Below are positions 18,810-30,533 of a stretch of DNA of 64,000 bases, piece after piece. A program made the position numbers and the translations under genes. Each line of letters starts with the position of its first letter. Within the stretch, counting starts at the first letter, position 1. This DNA comes from an uncultured Gemmatimonadaceae bacterium (lineage in GTDB: Bacteria > Gemmatimonadota > Gemmatimonadetes > Gemmatimonadales > Gemmatimonadaceae), in assembly GCA_963761305.1 (NCBI GenBank), contig CAVXGK010000002.1, positions 2,752,001-2,816,000 of the forward strand, written 5' to 3'. A model generated the notes under the pieces. The model had not been told where the DNA came from and searched no databases. It was given only the letters and a program-made list of their open reading frames with translations.

Positions 18810-18867
18810 GTTAGCTAACGCGCTCTACGGCGCCCCGCGATTCCCACCGTTCAAGCATGGATACGTC

Positions 18868-19278
18868 ATGAACGTTGCACGGATTGTGATGGCAACTTTG
18901 GGTGCCTTCGTCGTCTATTTCGCGCTCGGCGCCCTGTTCTTCACGCGTCCCATGATGCGGGGGGAGTTCGCGAAGTACTCCGCAGTTTATCGCTCTCAGC
19001 AAGCCATCAAGAGCGTCATGCCGTTCGGGATGCTCGGCATGCTGCTCTCGATGCTCGCGCTCGCGATCCTCTTCGCGATGATTCATCCCCAGGGTGCCGG
19101 CTTGGCGGCGGGTGCCAAGTTCGGGCTCCTGATCGGCCTCTATGCGCTTGGGTCGTTCGTTCTGCACAATCACGTCAATCTGAACATCGGTAGTCGCCTG
19201 ACCGTGCTCCAGGCGATCGCATATTCGATAGAATGGTTGGCCGTCGGGATGACGATCAGCCTGATCTATCGCGGATGA
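18868..19278 (+). CDS. Hypothetical membrane protein (DUF1761-like)
   Basis: Four hydrophobic helices; family call weak. Confidence 0.65.
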   Translation: MNVARIVMATLGAFVVYFALGALFFTRPMMRGEFAKYSAVYRSQQAIKSVMPFGMLGMLLSMLALAILFAMIHPQGAGLAAGAKFGLLIGLYALGSFVLHNHVNLNIGSRLTVLQAIAYSIEWLAVGMTISLIYRG

Positions 19279-19350
19279 GCAGGGACAGAGACAAGGCCCG
19301 ACTATCTCGACCGTAGCCGAGCCGGGCGTTAGGACGAAGTCAGGCCTCCG

Positions 19351-22300
19351 CTATCGCTTGCCTCCGACGCACACGGGCACTTCGAGCTCCGAGACCTTCG
19401 CCGCCGCGACCGGCTGAAGGTTGTTCTTCGAGAGAAGCGCATTGAGCGACCCAAGCTCGTTGCCGTTGAGCGACGCCCATCCGGCGATGCGGCCTCGCAG
19501 GTCGGTGCAGGCCACCAGAAACGCCGCCTTCTGTGGGTCGTTTGGCGCCATGTCGCCCGAGTCCAACGTCTCGAGCTGGCGGACGAGCGTTCCGTTGAGC
19601 GTCGCGAACGCGGGTGGCTCGCGCTGGGGACCGGGATTGCCGGCGCCGGCACCGCGGCCTCGCCCACCCTGTGTCGTACCGCCTGCGATTAGCAGCTTCG
19701 CGTCGAAGTTGGCGATGGCCTGCGCGACGTCGGGCGGCGGGGGCGGCGTCGACTTCTGAATCGTCGCCAGCGCGGAGCGGGTGGCCGCGACCTGCTCGTA
19801 GCCGGCGTACGCCGACTTGATCCCCGCGTACAGCTTCATCTGCAGCTCGTGCTGCGCGGCCAGATCGGCCGCCGTCGCAGGAGAGCGCGGGTCGTTCTTT
19901 ACCGTCACGGTTTGTGAATAAGCCTTTCCATCCACGGTGAGCTTGAGGGTGTACGTGCCGGGAAGCGCGAGCGGCCCCTCGGGTGACGCCGGTGTCTCGC
20001 CCTCGTTGGCGTTGATCTCGTAGCTGTGATTGAACGCCGGCGGCGCGTCGTAGCGAATGTCCCAGTTGATCCGATTGGTGCCCGTCGCCGTCGGCATCGG
20101 TTTGGGAATCTCGATCCAATGGTCGGGAACGGGCAGCGGTGCCTCGTGGAGCGACGGAATCGGTGCGCTCGAGTAGTGACGCACGACGGTGCCGGCCGCG
20201 TCGCGCACCTCGAGAGTGATGTCGCTCGACGGCTTGGCATTCAGATAGTAGTAGACGAGCGCACCGGGCGGCGGGTTGAGGGCGTGCGGCACCTCGGGCG
20301 GGAACGGCGTGTCGCCGTTCACGTTGCGGCGCACGCGGATCGCGTCGCCCGGCTTGAACAAATGCGCCGGCTCGGACGCGATCGCCGCCGTCATCTGCCG
20401 GAGCGGCGAGTAGTCGTCGAGGATCCAGATGCTGCGGCCGTACGTGCCCACCACCAGATCGTTGTCCTTGATCACGATGTCGCGGTACGACGTGTTCGGC
20501 AGATTGAGCTGAAGCGACTGCCAATCGTCGCCGTCGTCGAACGACACGTACATCGAGCTCTCGGTGCCGGCAAAGAGCAGCCCCGCCCTCTTCGTGTCCG
20601 CGCGAATCACGCGCGCGAAGCTCCCACTCGGCTGATCGGTGCGCACGCCGCTGATGATCTTGGTCCACGACTTTCCAAAGTCGTGGGTCCGATAGAAATA
20701 CGGGGCGTAGTCGCCGGTCGTGTGATAGTCGACGGCGACATAGGCAGTCGCCGAGTCAGTATGCGACGCATCGACGGCCGAGATGTCGGCGCGCGTCGGG
20801 TTGGGGAGGTCGGCGATGGTGACCTCGTGCCACGTCACGCCGTGATCGCGCGTGAGCTTGATGATGCCGTTGTTCGTGCCGGCCCAGATGATTCCCGGCG
20901 ACATCGACGACGTCGCGAATGATTCGATCGAACCGGCGGGCGGACCGCCAAACCCGCCGCCCGCGCCACCCGGCGGTGGCGTGGGTGGCGGCGGCGCTCC
21001 GTCGTGCGCCGTCAAGTCCGGGCTCAGTTTCTTCCAGTGCATGCCGCCGTCGGTCGTCGACATCAAATACTGGAATCCCACGAGCAGCTCGTGCGGGTTC
21101 GTTTGCGACCAGAGAATGGGTTGATTGCCGACTTTGCGCAGCGACGCGGCGGCGGTCGACGTTCGGGCTCACGTTGATCCACTGGCCGCTCGGATACGTG
21201 ATCTTGACGATGCCACCGGCGGGACCGCCGGCGTAGACGATCTTGGGATTGAGCGGGTCGGCGACGATCGAACCGAACTCGTAGCCGGCGGTCGGATACC
21301 AGTCGAGCGGCGTGATCGCGCCGAGATCTCCGCGGCTGCGCGTGGCGATCGAGCCGGCGTCCTGCTGCGTGGCGTAGACCCAGTATGGATACGAGTTGTC
21401 GGCCGAGATGTGATAGACCTGGTCGGTGGCCTGGTTGTACCACGAGCTCCAGGTGAGGCCGCCGTCGAGCGAGATGGTCGCGCCCTGATCGACGCCGAGG
21501 AGCATGCGCTTGCCGTCGGTGGGATCGATCCACATCTGCTGTGGATCGTCGCCGCCTGGCGCGCCCTTGAACCCGGTGAACGTGTTGCCGCCGTCGTGCG
21601 AGATGAAGCTCGACGTGTTGATCGTGTAGACGAGATCCGGATTCTGGGGATCGACGTAGACGCCGCAGTTGTAGCCGTTCTGACCGTTGCGAATTCTGCG
21701 TATCGTTGGCCGCCATTTGGCGCCACGTGTCGCCGCCGTCGTCGGAGCGGAAGAATCCGAAGTTGCCGATGAGGAACATCCGCTGGGCGTTCGTATTCAT
21801 CGCGACAGCGATGGAGGTGCGTCCGGTCATCGCCGCGGGGAGCCCGTGACCGCTGATCTCCTTCCAGGTCTGGCCTTCATCAGTAGACTTGAACAAGTAC
21901 GTGCCGGTGGGGCCCTGCGGCGCGCCTCCCCCGCCTCCCCCGCCGCCGCCACCACCGCCGCGACCGGCGCCGGGCGCGTTGTAGTGGCGCACGGTCGTGG
22001 CGAGCATCACGCTCGGATGATCAAACGCCCAGGCGATTTCCTGCGCGCCCGTCGTCGAGTCCACGTAGAGCGTCTGCTTCCAGTTGCGTCCGCCGTCGGT
22101 GCTGCGAAACACGCCACGCGTGTGCGTGAACGTGTGGATGTTCCCCTGCGCCGCGAGCAGCACGAGGTTCGGGTCCTTGGGATCGACGAGGATCGAGGGG
22201 ATCTGCTTCGTGTCGTCGAGTCCCAGATGCTCCCACGTCTTGCCGGCGTCGGAGGATTTGTAGACGCCGTTCCCTTCGTTGATCCCGCCGCCGGTGATCA

Positions 22301-22625
22301 AGTCGCCCATGCCGACATAGATGACGTTCGGATCGGAGGGCGCGACTTGAACGCTGCCGACGGACGACGCCTCTTTGACGTCGTCCATGATCGGAAACCA
22401 CGTGGTGCCGGCGCTGGTGGTCTTCCAGACGCCGCCGAGGGGGAGGCCGATATAGAAGACGCCGGGCTGTCCGACGACGCCCGTGACTGCGGAGACGCGC
22501 CCGCCGCGGAACGGGCCGATGTTGCGCCATACGAGGCCGGCGTAGAGATCGGGGTTGATCGGCGGTCGCGCGCCGATAGGCCAGAGCGTGGCGAGTACGA
22601 CGAGGGGGAGTAGACGAGGGCGCAT
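19351..22625 (-). CDS. Secreted VPS10/BNR-repeat glycosyl hydrolase-like protein, with two +1 frameshifts (about 21700 and 21155)
   Basis: WRNIGPFRGGR start, repeated SxDxGxTW Asp-box motifs continuing across ORFs 21063..22835, 20756..21535 and 19351..21081. Confidence 0.88.
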
Positions 22626-22833
22626 GGTAGGGAGAGCCGGCTGTCGTTGCGTGAAATCTGTGGATTCGGATCGGTCTTTTCGAGGATCGGTCGCGCGCCT
22701 TGGCGGCGGCCGAAGTCTGTGCGCGTTATACTGGCGGGTCGGGCATCGACCATCGAATGTACCTCGCGCGGTACGACAAAACACTCCTCGAGCGTCAGGC
22801 GGAGCACGACCTTCTGGTGACGTCCCGACCCAC

Positions 22834-23061
22834 ATGGCAGACTTTCATCCGCGTTGCCCAAAGTGCGACAAGCCGATGGACCGCGGCCATGTTCCGGACG
22901 CGGCGCACGGGCGGGTTCTGGAATCAAGCTGGGCGCCGGGAGAACCGGAGGGTCGCCGCTTCCTGGGCGGGATCAAGTATCACGCGGATGAGCTGATTCC
23001 ATTGAGCGCCTATCGCTGCCCGGCCTGCGGCTACGTCGAGTTCTACGCACGGCCTGCCTAA
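22834..23061 (+). CDS. Small zinc-ribbon protein (PF20097-like)
   Basis: CPKC near the N-terminus and AYRCPACGYVEFYA at the C-terminus. Confidence 0.75.
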   Translation: MADFHPRCPKCDKPMDRGHVPDAAHGRVLESSWAPGEPEGRRFLGGIKYHADELIPLSAYRCPACGYVEFYARPA

Positions 23062-23084
23062 GGTACGCGTCGTATGAGACTGCA

Positions 23085-23696
23085 ATGAGAAAGATCAGAA
23101 TCATTGAACATATCTCGCTGGACGGTGTGATCCAGGCGCCCGGCGGGCGGAACGAGGGCGGCGACGAGTATCCGCACGGCGGTTGGTCGGCGCCGTATCG
23201 AAGCGCGGCCGGGGCAGAGGCGGTCGCCGAGGCACAGGGCACCAGCTTCGATCTGCTGCTTGGCCGCCGCACCTACGATATTTTCGCCGGCCACTGGCCG
23301 AACGCGGGGAACGGTCCGTTAGCGAACGCTCTCAACGCCGCGACGAAATACGTCGCGACCCACCGGCCGGACAGCCTCGGATGGGGTCCGGTCGAGGACT
23401 TGGGCGCGGATGTCGTGGAGGGCGTTCGCCGCGTCAAGTCGAAGGACGGCCCCGACCTGATCGTCTGGGGAAGCTCGACGCTGACGTCCATGTTGCTCGA
23501 GCGCGGATTGGTCGACGAGGTCGTGCTGCTCGTCTACCCGGTCTTGCTCGGCCGGGGCAAGCGCTTTTTCTCGGACGGTGCCGACCCGCGCGAACTCGCT
23601 CTCGTCAGCACGAAGGTCGTCTCCTCGCACGTGCTCGTGAACACGTATCGACACGCTGGAGCGCTGCGAACCGAAGCTGCCGCCGACGCGAGATAG
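23085..23696 (+). CDS. Dihydrofolate reductase family (RibD C-terminal domain) protein
   Basis: ISLDGVIQAPG, LLLGRRTY, WGSSTL, PVLLGRGKR. Confidence 0.92.
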   Translation: MRKIRIIEHISLDGVIQAPGGRNEGGDEYPHGGWSAPYRSAAGAEAVAEAQGTSFDLLLGRRTYDIFAGHWPNAGNGPLANALNAATKYVATHRPDSLGWGPVEDLGADVVEGVRRVKSKDGPDLIVWGSSTLTSMLLERGLVDEVVLLVYPVLLGRGKRFFSDGADPRELALVSTKVVSSHVLVNTYRHAGALRTEAAADAR

Positions 23697-23732
23697 CGAC
23701 GAGACGTTGTCTCTGAATGGAGAGGTGCTGCC

Positions 23733-24164
23733 ATGCGCCGCCGCGGACTCCTCATCGCGTTTGCCGTGTACGCCGTCGCCAGCCTTCTGCATTACGCTCA
23801 CAACGCCGAGTTGCTGGAGCACTACCCGAACATGCCGCGATGGCTGACTCGGGCGCAGATCTATTCCGCGTGGATCGCCCTGACCATCTTCGGCGCGGTG
23901 GGGTACCGTCTCGTGCGATCGCGATTTCTCTTTGCGGGGCTGTGCGTGCTGGGCCTCTACGGGATATTGGGATTCGACGGAATCAGCCACTATGCGCTGG
24001 CGCCGTTTGCGTCCCACACGCCTGGAATGAACGCGACGATCTGGATGGAGTTTGCGAGTGCGGCACTGTTTCTAACGGTCCTCGGGTGCGATGTCCGAGC
24101 GGTCCGCGTCGTCGCACGGCGTGGACGGTCAAGCTCCGGAAACTCGCTGTCTGACGAACGCTGA
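23733..24164 (+). CDS. Hypothetical membrane protein
   Basis: GGAGAGG RBS, four TM helices, HYAHNAE motif. Confidence 0.7.
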   Translation: MRRRGLLIAFAVYAVASLLHYAHNAELLEHYPNMPRWLTRAQIYSAWIALTIFGAVGYRLVRSRFLFAGLCVLGLYGILGFDGISHYALAPFASHTPGMNATIWMEFASAALFLTVLGCDVRAVRVVARRGRSSSGNSLSDER

Positions 24165-24294
24165 CGTGACAAGGAGCTATTGAATTGTTTGCGGCTGTGC
24201 CGCAAGCTCTTATTGCAATCCGCTTGCGACTTGGCTCTGGCGTTAAGCCGCGGAAACACACGCTCTTTCACCACCACTGGTCTTCGGAGATCGT

Positions 24295-24681
24295 ATGAAG
24301 CGAGTCACTGGCATTGGCGGCATCTTCTTCAAAGCCAAAGACGCGAAGGCGCTGCAGGCTTGGTACAAGCGGCACCTGGGAATCGATGTCCAAGACTGGG
24401 GCGGCGCGGCTTTCACCTGGGCCGACGGTGATGGCAAGCCGGTCGCCGGAACCACGGCCTGGTCCATCGCTCCCGAGCAGAGTGGCCAGTTTGCGCCCAG
24501 CACTTCGACGTTCATGGTCAACTACCGCGTGGAGGATCTCCACGCTCTGGTCGAAGCCTTACGCGAAGAAGGCTGCAACGTTCTCGAGAAGATCGACGAT
24601 TCCGAGTACGGGAAGTTTGGCTGGGTCATCGATCCGGAGGGAAACAAGGTAGAACTTTGGCAACCGCCTGCCGGCGAGTGA
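24295..24681 (+). CDS. VOC/glyoxalase family protein
   Basis: RVTGIGGIFFK, YGKFGWVIDPEGNKVELW; GGAG RBS. Confidence 0.92.
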   Translation: MKRVTGIGGIFFKAKDAKALQAWYKRHLGIDVQDWGGAAFTWADGDGKPVAGTTAWSIAPEQSGQFAPSTSTFMVNYRVEDLHALVEALREEGCNVLEKIDDSEYGKFGWVIDPEGNKVELWQPPAGE

Positions 24682-25007
24682 CCGGGGCACTCGGCCTCAG
24701 CGCAATTCTGCGGCTTATGCGCCCTCTTCTATTTTTTTCCTCAGTTCGCGGCGGGGGCGTGCCGTCGTAGCACGGATGCGACCGGGAAAAGGTTCGCAGC
24801 ATAGCGTGACCCTTGACGCGACGGACTCGCTGTATAGTCGGCGTTAGTCCGAACCCAAGCATCCTCGTCGGCAAGTGACGCCTCGCGGACTGTCTGAGTT
24901 CATCCGCACGCAGCGCTAGTTCCGCCTCCCACTGCCGTCGGCCTTACGAACGCAGAAGCTGAACGCGTCGGGCGGAACAGACGCCTCTCTAACTCGTCTG
25001 GCTGTTG

Positions 25008-25457
25008 ATGCATCGACGACGTCTTGCAGTTCCAATTGCTGCCCTCATCGGCCTGGCCTGCGCTGCTTCGAGCAGGACTCCGCGAGATTTGCCCCAGGCC
25101 GGTCGAATGTGCAGGCCCGAGGACGGACTCGTTCTCAGCGCGCGGTATTGGCTCTCGTTGCCGGATAGTCCTGCGGATACTATCGGCAAGGACCCTAGCT
25201 TCTTCGCCGATCTGCCGAAGCTGCCCGAAAAAGCGATTCGAACGATCACCGATGAGCCAACCTGCCGTTCAGTCGCAATCCGGCTGGCTAAGGCTCGAGG
25301 AGACACGGCGGTCTGGCCCGTCTCTGTCTTGCGCTTCGGACCTACGCGATACCTCGCGTGGGACCTCGTCGAACCGCCAGGAGCTCGGCCCGCGATCTTT
25401 CTTACGTATTATGTCCTCGACGAGCAGCTGCACGTTCTCGCGAAGGTGTCCACCTAG
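25008..25457 (+). CDS. Hypothetical lipoprotein
   Basis: Signal peptide with GLAC lipobox; atypical codon usage. Confidence 0.55.
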   Translation: MHRRRLAVPIAALIGLACAASSRTPRDLPQAGRMCRPEDGLVLSARYWLSLPDSPADTIGKDPSFFADLPKLPEKAIRTITDEPTCRSVAIRLAKARGDTAVWPVSVLRFGPTRYLAWDLVEPPGARPAIFLTYYVLDEQLHVLAKVST

Positions 25458-25507
25458 CTTTCGTCCACCGTCCACTGCTGCTTCGCCGAGAAACTATAGA
25501 TCGAGCG

Positions 25508-27661
25508 TCACGACCACTTCAAATCTTCGCCGATGATGGGCAGCGTGCGCACGCGCTTGCCCGTCGCGGCGAAGATGGCGTTGCAGACGGCAGGCGCGGC
25601 GGCCGGCAGACCGGGCTCGCCCAAGCCCGTCGGTTCAGCGACCGACTTGATGAAATGAACCTCGACGAGCGGTGGTGCGTTGTTCATGCGCATCATCGGA
25701 TACTCATCGAAATTCGTCTGCGCGGCCGCCCCGTGCTCGATCGTGATCTTCTGGAACCACGCGGCGCTGATGCCGTCGAGCATCGCGCCCTGAATCTGAG
25801 CCTCCGCCGCGCTCAGGTTGATGATCGTCCCGGCGTCGACGGCGGCCGTGAGCTTCTTGAGCGTGAGCACGCCTTCGCGGCTCACCGCGACGTCGGCGAC
25901 GATCGCGATGTAGGCGTTGTTCGTGTGCGTGATCGCGAGGCCCATTCCCTCGCCGCGCGAACGCGACGCGCCCCATCCCGCCTTCTCCGTCGCGAGCTTG
26001 ACGACCGTGATCATTTTCGCCGGATCGAACCCGCGGCCGGCGGCGCTCGGAGTGGGAACTGACCCCACAAGGTCGAGCGTGAACGCGAGCGGGTCGCGGC
26101 CCGCGGCGTGCGCAAGCTCGTCGACGAAGCACTGCGTCGCCCAGATGTTCCCGTTGTCGCCTGGCGCGCGCCAATATCCCGTCGGGATGCCCGGCGGAAG
26201 CTTGCTCGACTTCACGTCCGAACCGGGGACGGCGATGAACGGAAAACCGCCGGCGCTCATATCACCGGGACCGCCTTGCATCTTCACGAACGCGTCGTGA
26301 AGCGCGACGACCTTGCCCGACCCGTCGAGGGCCGCCGTGAAATAGTGCCAGCCGTTCGAGCGATAGTTGTCGTGCGCGAAGTCGTGCTCACGGGTCCACA
26401 TCAGTTTCACCGGCGTGCCTTCGAGCCGCTTGGCGATCGCCGCTGCTTCGAGCGAAAACTCGTTGCTGCCGCGTCGGCCGAAGCCGCCGCCAAGTCGCGT
26501 GATGTGAACGATGACGTCCTTCGGTGCGAGACCGAGCCCGTGCGTGACGAGACCCTGGCCGCTTGCCGGGATCTGCGTAGGCGTCCACATCTCCATGACG
26601 CCGCTCTTGAAGACCGCGGTGCAGTTCTGCGGTTCGAGCGTGGCGTGAGCGAGGAATGGATAGTGGTAGACGGCTTCGATAGCCCTCGCTCCCTCCGGCA
26701 GCGGTCCCGGCGGCGTCGATTTCGCGAGCTGATCCGCCTGCCTCGCCATCTCCGCGCTGCTCTGGCTCGCGACCGGACCCTCGTCCCACTCGACGTGCAG
26801 CGCGTCGGTCGCACTGAACGCGTTCCACGTCGTGTCGGCTAGGATGGCGACGCCGGGCGTCAGTCCGTCGATGCCGTCGAGCACGAAGGCATCGCGTACA
26901 CCGAGCCGCTTCTTCACGTCGTCGAGGTTGGCGCTCTTGACCTTGCCGCCGAACGTCCGGCACTTGGTGTACGTCGCGAACACCATCCCGGGCAGCTTGA
27001 CGTCGATCCCGAACAGCGGCGTGCCCGTGACGATTTTCTGATTGTCGACGCCGGCCACGCGCGTGCCGAGCAGCTTGAAATCGCCCGGATTCTTCAACCG
27101 GGGGTTTGTCGGCGGCGTGAGCGTCGCAGCCTTCGAGACAAGCTGGCCATAGGTCGCACGCCGTTTCGACGCGGCGTGAATCACCGAGCTTCGCTCGGTC
27201 GTGCATTCGTTTTCAGGCACGCCCCATGTCTGCGCAGCGGCGGTGACGAGCATCGCGCGGGCCGTGGCGCCGGCGATACGAAGCGGAGTGAAGTTGCCGA
27301 CCGTCGAACCGCTGCCGACCGAAAACTGGCGGCCGTACGCCGGGTTCAAATCCCCCTGCACGATCGTCACGTTCTCCCACGCGACATCGAGCTCCTCGGC
27401 GACGATCATCGGGAGGCCGGTCTTGATGCCCTGCCCCATCTCGGAGTTCGGCGCGATGATCGACACCGCTCCGCTGGGCGCGATCGAGATGAACGCGTTC
27501 GGCGCGAAATTCTCAGCGGTGGCGGACGCGGTGTCCGCGTAGGCGAGCGATTCTCCGAAACGAAGGTACGTGCCGATCAACAGGCCGCCGCCGGCGAGCG
27601 CGCTGACCCTGATGAACTGGCGCCGGTCGACGGCCGGCGGCGGAACCTCGCGCGTCGTCAT
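25508..27661 (-). CDS. iorB: Xanthine dehydrogenase family molybdopterin-binding subunit (isoquinoline 1-oxidoreductase beta-like)
   Basis: Tat motif [40 protein letters not shown]. Confidence 0.9.
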   Translation of the reverse strand: MTTREVPPPAVDRRQFIRVSALAGGGLLIGTYLRFGESLAYADTASATAENFAPNAFISIAPSGAVSIIAPNSEMGQGIKTGLPMIVAEELDVAWENVTIVQGDLNPAYGRQFSVGSGSTVGNFTPLRIAGATARAMLVTAAAQTWGVPENECTTERSSVIHAASKRRATYGQLVSKAATLTPPTNPRLKNPGDFKLLGTRVAGVDNQKIVTGTPLFGIDVKLPGMVFATYTKCRTFGGKVKSANLDDVKKRLGVRDAFVLDGIDGLTPGVAILADTTWNAFSATDALHVEWDEGPVASQSSAEMARQADQLAKSTPPGPLPEGARAIEAVYHYPFLAHATLEPQNCTAVFKSGVMEMWTPTQIPASGQGLVTHGLGLAPKDVIVHITRLGGGFGRRGSNEFSLEAAAIAKRLEGTPVKLMWTREHDFAHDNYRSNGWHYFTAALDGSGKVVALHDAFVKMQGGPGDMSAGGFPFIAVPGSDVKSSKLPPGIPTGYWRAPGDNGNIWATQCFVDELAHAAGRDPLAFTLDLVGSVPTPSAAGRGFDPAKMITVVKLATEKAGWGASRSRGEGMGLAITHTNNAYIAIVADVAVSREGVLTLKKLTAAVDAGTIINLSAAEAQIQGAMLDGISAAWFQKITIEHGAAAQTNFDEYPMMRMNNAPPLVEVHFIKSVAEPTGLGEPGLPAAAPAVCNAIFAATGKRVRTLPIIGEDLKWS

Positions 27662-28149
27662 GAACGGCCTCCTTTATCGGACACGCCGGCGGAAGCGAGT
27701 TCGGCGGCGCGCTTGATGCCCGCGCGCATGCGGGTGTAGGTCGCGCACCGACAGAGGTTGCCGGCCATCATCTTGTCGATGTCGGCGTCGGTCGGGTGTG
27801 GATTCTGTTTGAGCAACGCGGCCGCGGTCATGAGCTGGCCGGCCTGGCAATAGCCGCATTGCGGGACGTCGAGCTCGCACCACGCTTGTTGCAGCGGATG
27901 CTTGCCGGCAGCATCGAGGCCCTCGATCGTCGTGATCACCGAGCGGCCCACGCTCGAGACGGGCGTCTGGCACGCGCGCATCGGCGACCCGTTCAGGTGG
28001 ATCGTGCAGGCGCCGCATTCGCCGATGCCGCAGCCGAACTTCGTGCCCACGAGGCCCAGCGAATCCCGCAGCACCCACAGCATCGGGGTGTCCGGCGCTA
28101 CGTCGACCGATCGGGATTGCCCGTTGACGCTGAGAGTGTACTTGCTCAT
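27658..28149 (-). CDS. iorA: (2Fe-2S)-binding subunit (isoquinoline 1-oxidoreductase alpha-like)
   Basis: GTKFGCGIGECGACT, QCGYCQ, NLCRC; ATGA overlap with the beta subunit. Confidence 0.93.
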   Translation of the reverse strand: MSKYTLSVNGQSRSVDVAPDTPMLWVLRDSLGLVGTKFGCGIGECGACTIHLNGSPMRACQTPVSSVGRSVITTIEGLDAAGKHPLQQAWCELDVPQCGYCQAGQLMTAAALLKQNPHPTDADIDKMMAGNLCRCATYTRMRAGIKRAAELASAGVSDKGGRS

Positions 28150-28268
28150 GCGCGTCCCTTGGAAGTCGCCATTCGTAACACATTGATGGCAGTGGTGATC
28201 GCGCGCAAGACGGGTCCCTGGAACCTTGCGCGCCTTGCTTCCGTAGTGTGGCCTATCGGAGGCGTTCG

Positions 28269-28580
28269 ATGCGCGTACTGTGGACACTGCTCAAGGTCAT
28301 CATCGGTCTCGCGATCGCGATCCCGGTCGCGTTCCTGGCGATGGCGCTGACCGCCGGCCTCGTCGGCACTCTCGTCGCCCTCGCCGTCATCGCCCTCAAG
28401 CTTGCGATCGTCGGCGCCATCGGGTACGGACTGTTCCGGCTGGCGCGCGCGATGCTCGCGCCGTCACGCAACGTCCCGCCGGCACCCATTCGTGAGGTGT
28501 CCGCGCCGCTCACGGATCCGTACTACGATGCGGCCGTGCGCGAGCTCGACGCGGAGCTCGGCGTTCGACCGCGCGGCTGA
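28269..28580 (+). CDS. Hypothetical membrane protein
   Basis: GGAGG RBS; two TM helices; C-terminal DPYYDAAVRELDAELG. Confidence 0.75.
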   Translation: MRVLWTLLKVIIGLAIAIPVAFLAMALTAGLVGTLVALAVIALKLAIVGAIGYGLFRLARAMLAPSRNVPPAPIREVSAPLTDPYYDAAVRELDAELGVRPRG

Positions 28581-28691
28581 AGCCGCTCAGTCGCTTCCGA
28601 CGGCCTGAGGCGCACCGAGGTCCGCGTCGGAGGCGATCGTTGCGGGGGCGACGCGACGGAGCTACAGATTCCGTTAAGCACTGTCGCTCCC

Positions 28692-28937
28692 ATGATAATC
28701 GAAGAGCCGTCTGGTTCCGCGCGCCGCAATGCCGGCACTGAAGCGCTTGCGAGCGGTTTCGTCCCCGGCGTCGGCCAACTGTTGCAAGGCCGCCGTTTCG
28801 CCGCGGCTATTCAGTTCACGACGGTCGTCGCTTACGTGGTGATCGGCTCGGAGCTTGGGCTCCGTCATGCCATGTTCTTTGCGTTCGCCTGGAACTGCTA
28901 TTCGGTGATTGACGCCTATCGCTTCCGGGCGGACTAG
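28692..28937 (+). CDS. Small hypothetical membrane protein
   Basis: ASGFVPGVGQLLQGR and SVIDAYR (TM2/DUF5683-like pattern). Confidence 0.65.
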   Translation: MIIEEPSGSARRNAGTEALASGFVPGVGQLLQGRRFAAAIQFTTVVAYVVIGSELGLRHAMFFAFAWNCYSVIDAYRFRAD

Positions 28938-28989
28938 ACGTTACGATAGGGCTACCAATCGCGCCGCTGCAGACGCATCATCACAGCAC

Positions 28990-29436
28990 ATGGATCAGAC
29001 ATCTGGCGTAACAAACCCGCCGCCGCCGGCCTCCGCCTTCAACCGTTTCCTCTTGGTCGCCGGCCTCGCCCAAGTCGCCGCCACGTTCACGCCGGCGGGG
29101 CACGTGCGGATCCTCGGCAATGTCTCATTCGTCGGCCTACCATCCGCCGGCGCTGCCTTCGTTGTGCTTGGCCTGCTCGCCAGCGTCACGGCGCTTCGGC
29201 CGCGCGGTTGGTGGCGATGGGGCCCAGGCGTGGTTTCGCTCGCCTTGCTCGCCGTCATATACATGCGACTGCGCTCGGCGCCGACGGGGGGCTTCTTCGA
29301 TCCAGTCCTCCGACGAGTCGTGCAACCGGCGTGGGGCTTTTTTCCGATGACGTTCGCCGCATTGCTGATGCTGAGCGCAGCCGCCGCCGTTCGGTTCGAC
29401 CTCCGCAACCGTGAAATCAGTCCCAGACCGCGCTGA
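28990..29436 (+). CDS. Hypothetical membrane protein
   Basis: Four hydrophobic segments from ATG 28990. Confidence 0.6.
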   Translation: MDQTSGVTNPPPPASAFNRFLLVAGLAQVAATFTPAGHVRILGNVSFVGLPSAGAAFVVLGLLASVTALRPRGWWRWGPGVVSLALLAVIYMRLRSAPTGGFFDPVLRRVVQPAWGFFPMTFAALLMLSAAAAVRFDLRNREISPRPR

Positions 29437-29818
29437 GGCAGCCGGCCGCCTCCGTCAAAGCCACGAACCACCCGACGTCGTCGCTCGGCGCGGCTGGCGG
29501 TATCACCATCTCGGCATCCCGACGAACGTCCCTCGGGAAAACGAGACCTATCTCGAGCGGTACGGCCTGTATGTCTCCGGCTTCCCGACAAGCCCGTACG
29601 GAATAGAGTGGATGCGTTTCGAGGCCAGCTCGCCGCTTCATCCTCTCATCAAGTCAGTGCCACATGTCGCATTCGAGGTAGACGATCTCGACTCCGCGCT
29701 GACGGGTCAGGACGTGATCTCTCCACCCGGCTCGCCATCAGATGGTGTGCGTGCCGCCATGATCGTCGTCGACGGGGCACCCGTGGAGCTCATCTCGTTT
29801 CGAAAGCGGGGGAGTTGA
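29411..29818 (+). CDS. VOC-like (glyoxalase-fold) protein
   Basis: YHHLGIPT, PHVAFEVDDL, GAPVELI; start uncertain. Confidence 0.75.
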   Translation: MKSVPDRAEAAGRLRQSHEPPDVVARRGWRYHHLGIPTNVPRENETYLERYGLYVSGFPTSPYGIEWMRFEASSPLHPLIKSVPHVAFEVDDLDSALTGQDVISPPGSPSDGVRAAMIVVDGAPVELISFRKRGS

Positions 29819-29870
29819 GGCCAGTGAAAATCCGGACGGCAACACGCTCCGGTTCACGCAGCCACTCCCA

Positions 29871-30533
29871 TCAGCGCAATGACACGCTGCCGCGCGGTCC
29901 GTCGATGATGGCGATCAAGGCGGCTCGCGGTGCACGCGTCACTGGCATCTGAATTCCGAGGACCTGCAGTCGATTCTGAACCACATCGGGATCCGGATGC
30001 TCGGCGCGCAACGCGGCCAATCTTCCACCCTGCGGGGCACCGGCCGCCGGATGCGGCGACCGACCCCAGTCGATGAAGAAGGGAATGAGTCCGTCCGCCG
30101 ACACTGTCGCCGGATCAGTGAATCGCCATGAGAGAACGATTCCATCCGGACGCTGTCGCCGGCCGTCTTGCGCCTCGCCGAGCACGATGCCATTCGACGA
30201 GGCGCGCGCGCGAATGCTATCGACGTCACCGGTCTTTGCTGCCCACGCGATGAGCTTCGCTTCCCTCAGGCCATCGAGACCGAACGCGCGAGTCCCCGGT
30301 GGGTCGGGTTGCTCGGGGTCGGGTGCAACGATCTCGAGGTAGACATCGCTGCCCAGGGCGAGCAGCGCGTTGCGCGTTCCTCGACCCGGATGCCGTCCGC
30401 CAAAGGTGGGGCGGACGCCGAGTAGGTCCTCGATCTCATCAATGCCGCGATCCAGGTCGGGAGTCGCGAACACCAAGTGATCGATGGGAATATCGACCGC
30501 GGCCGAGTGAATCGAGGAGTCCGTAGACGGCAT
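29871..30533 (-). CDS. VOC family protein (Glyoxalase_3-like)
   Basis: IDHLV, GGRHPGRGTRNAL, YLEI, PFFIDW. Confidence 0.88.
   Translation of the reverse strand: MPSTDSSIHSAAVDIPIDHLVFATPDLDRGIDEIEDLLGVRPTFGGRHPGRGTRNALLALGSDVYLEIVAPDPEQPDPPGTRAFGLDGLREAKLIAWAAKTGDVDSIRARASSNGIVLGEAQDGRRQRPDGIVLSWRFTDPATVSADGLIPFFIDWGRSPHPAAGAPQGGRLAALRAEHPDPDVVQNRLQVLGIQMPVTRAPRAALIAIIDGPRGSVSLR

Noticed and set aside
24813..24838. Sigma70-like promoter TTGACG..TATAGT
   Set aside because: The spacer is only 14 nt
24164..25000. Integron attC sites (GTTAAGC near 24242 and similar heptamers near 28673 and 42884)
   Set aside because: No matching RYYYAAC inverse core after the gene stops, no convincing attC palindrome and no integrase
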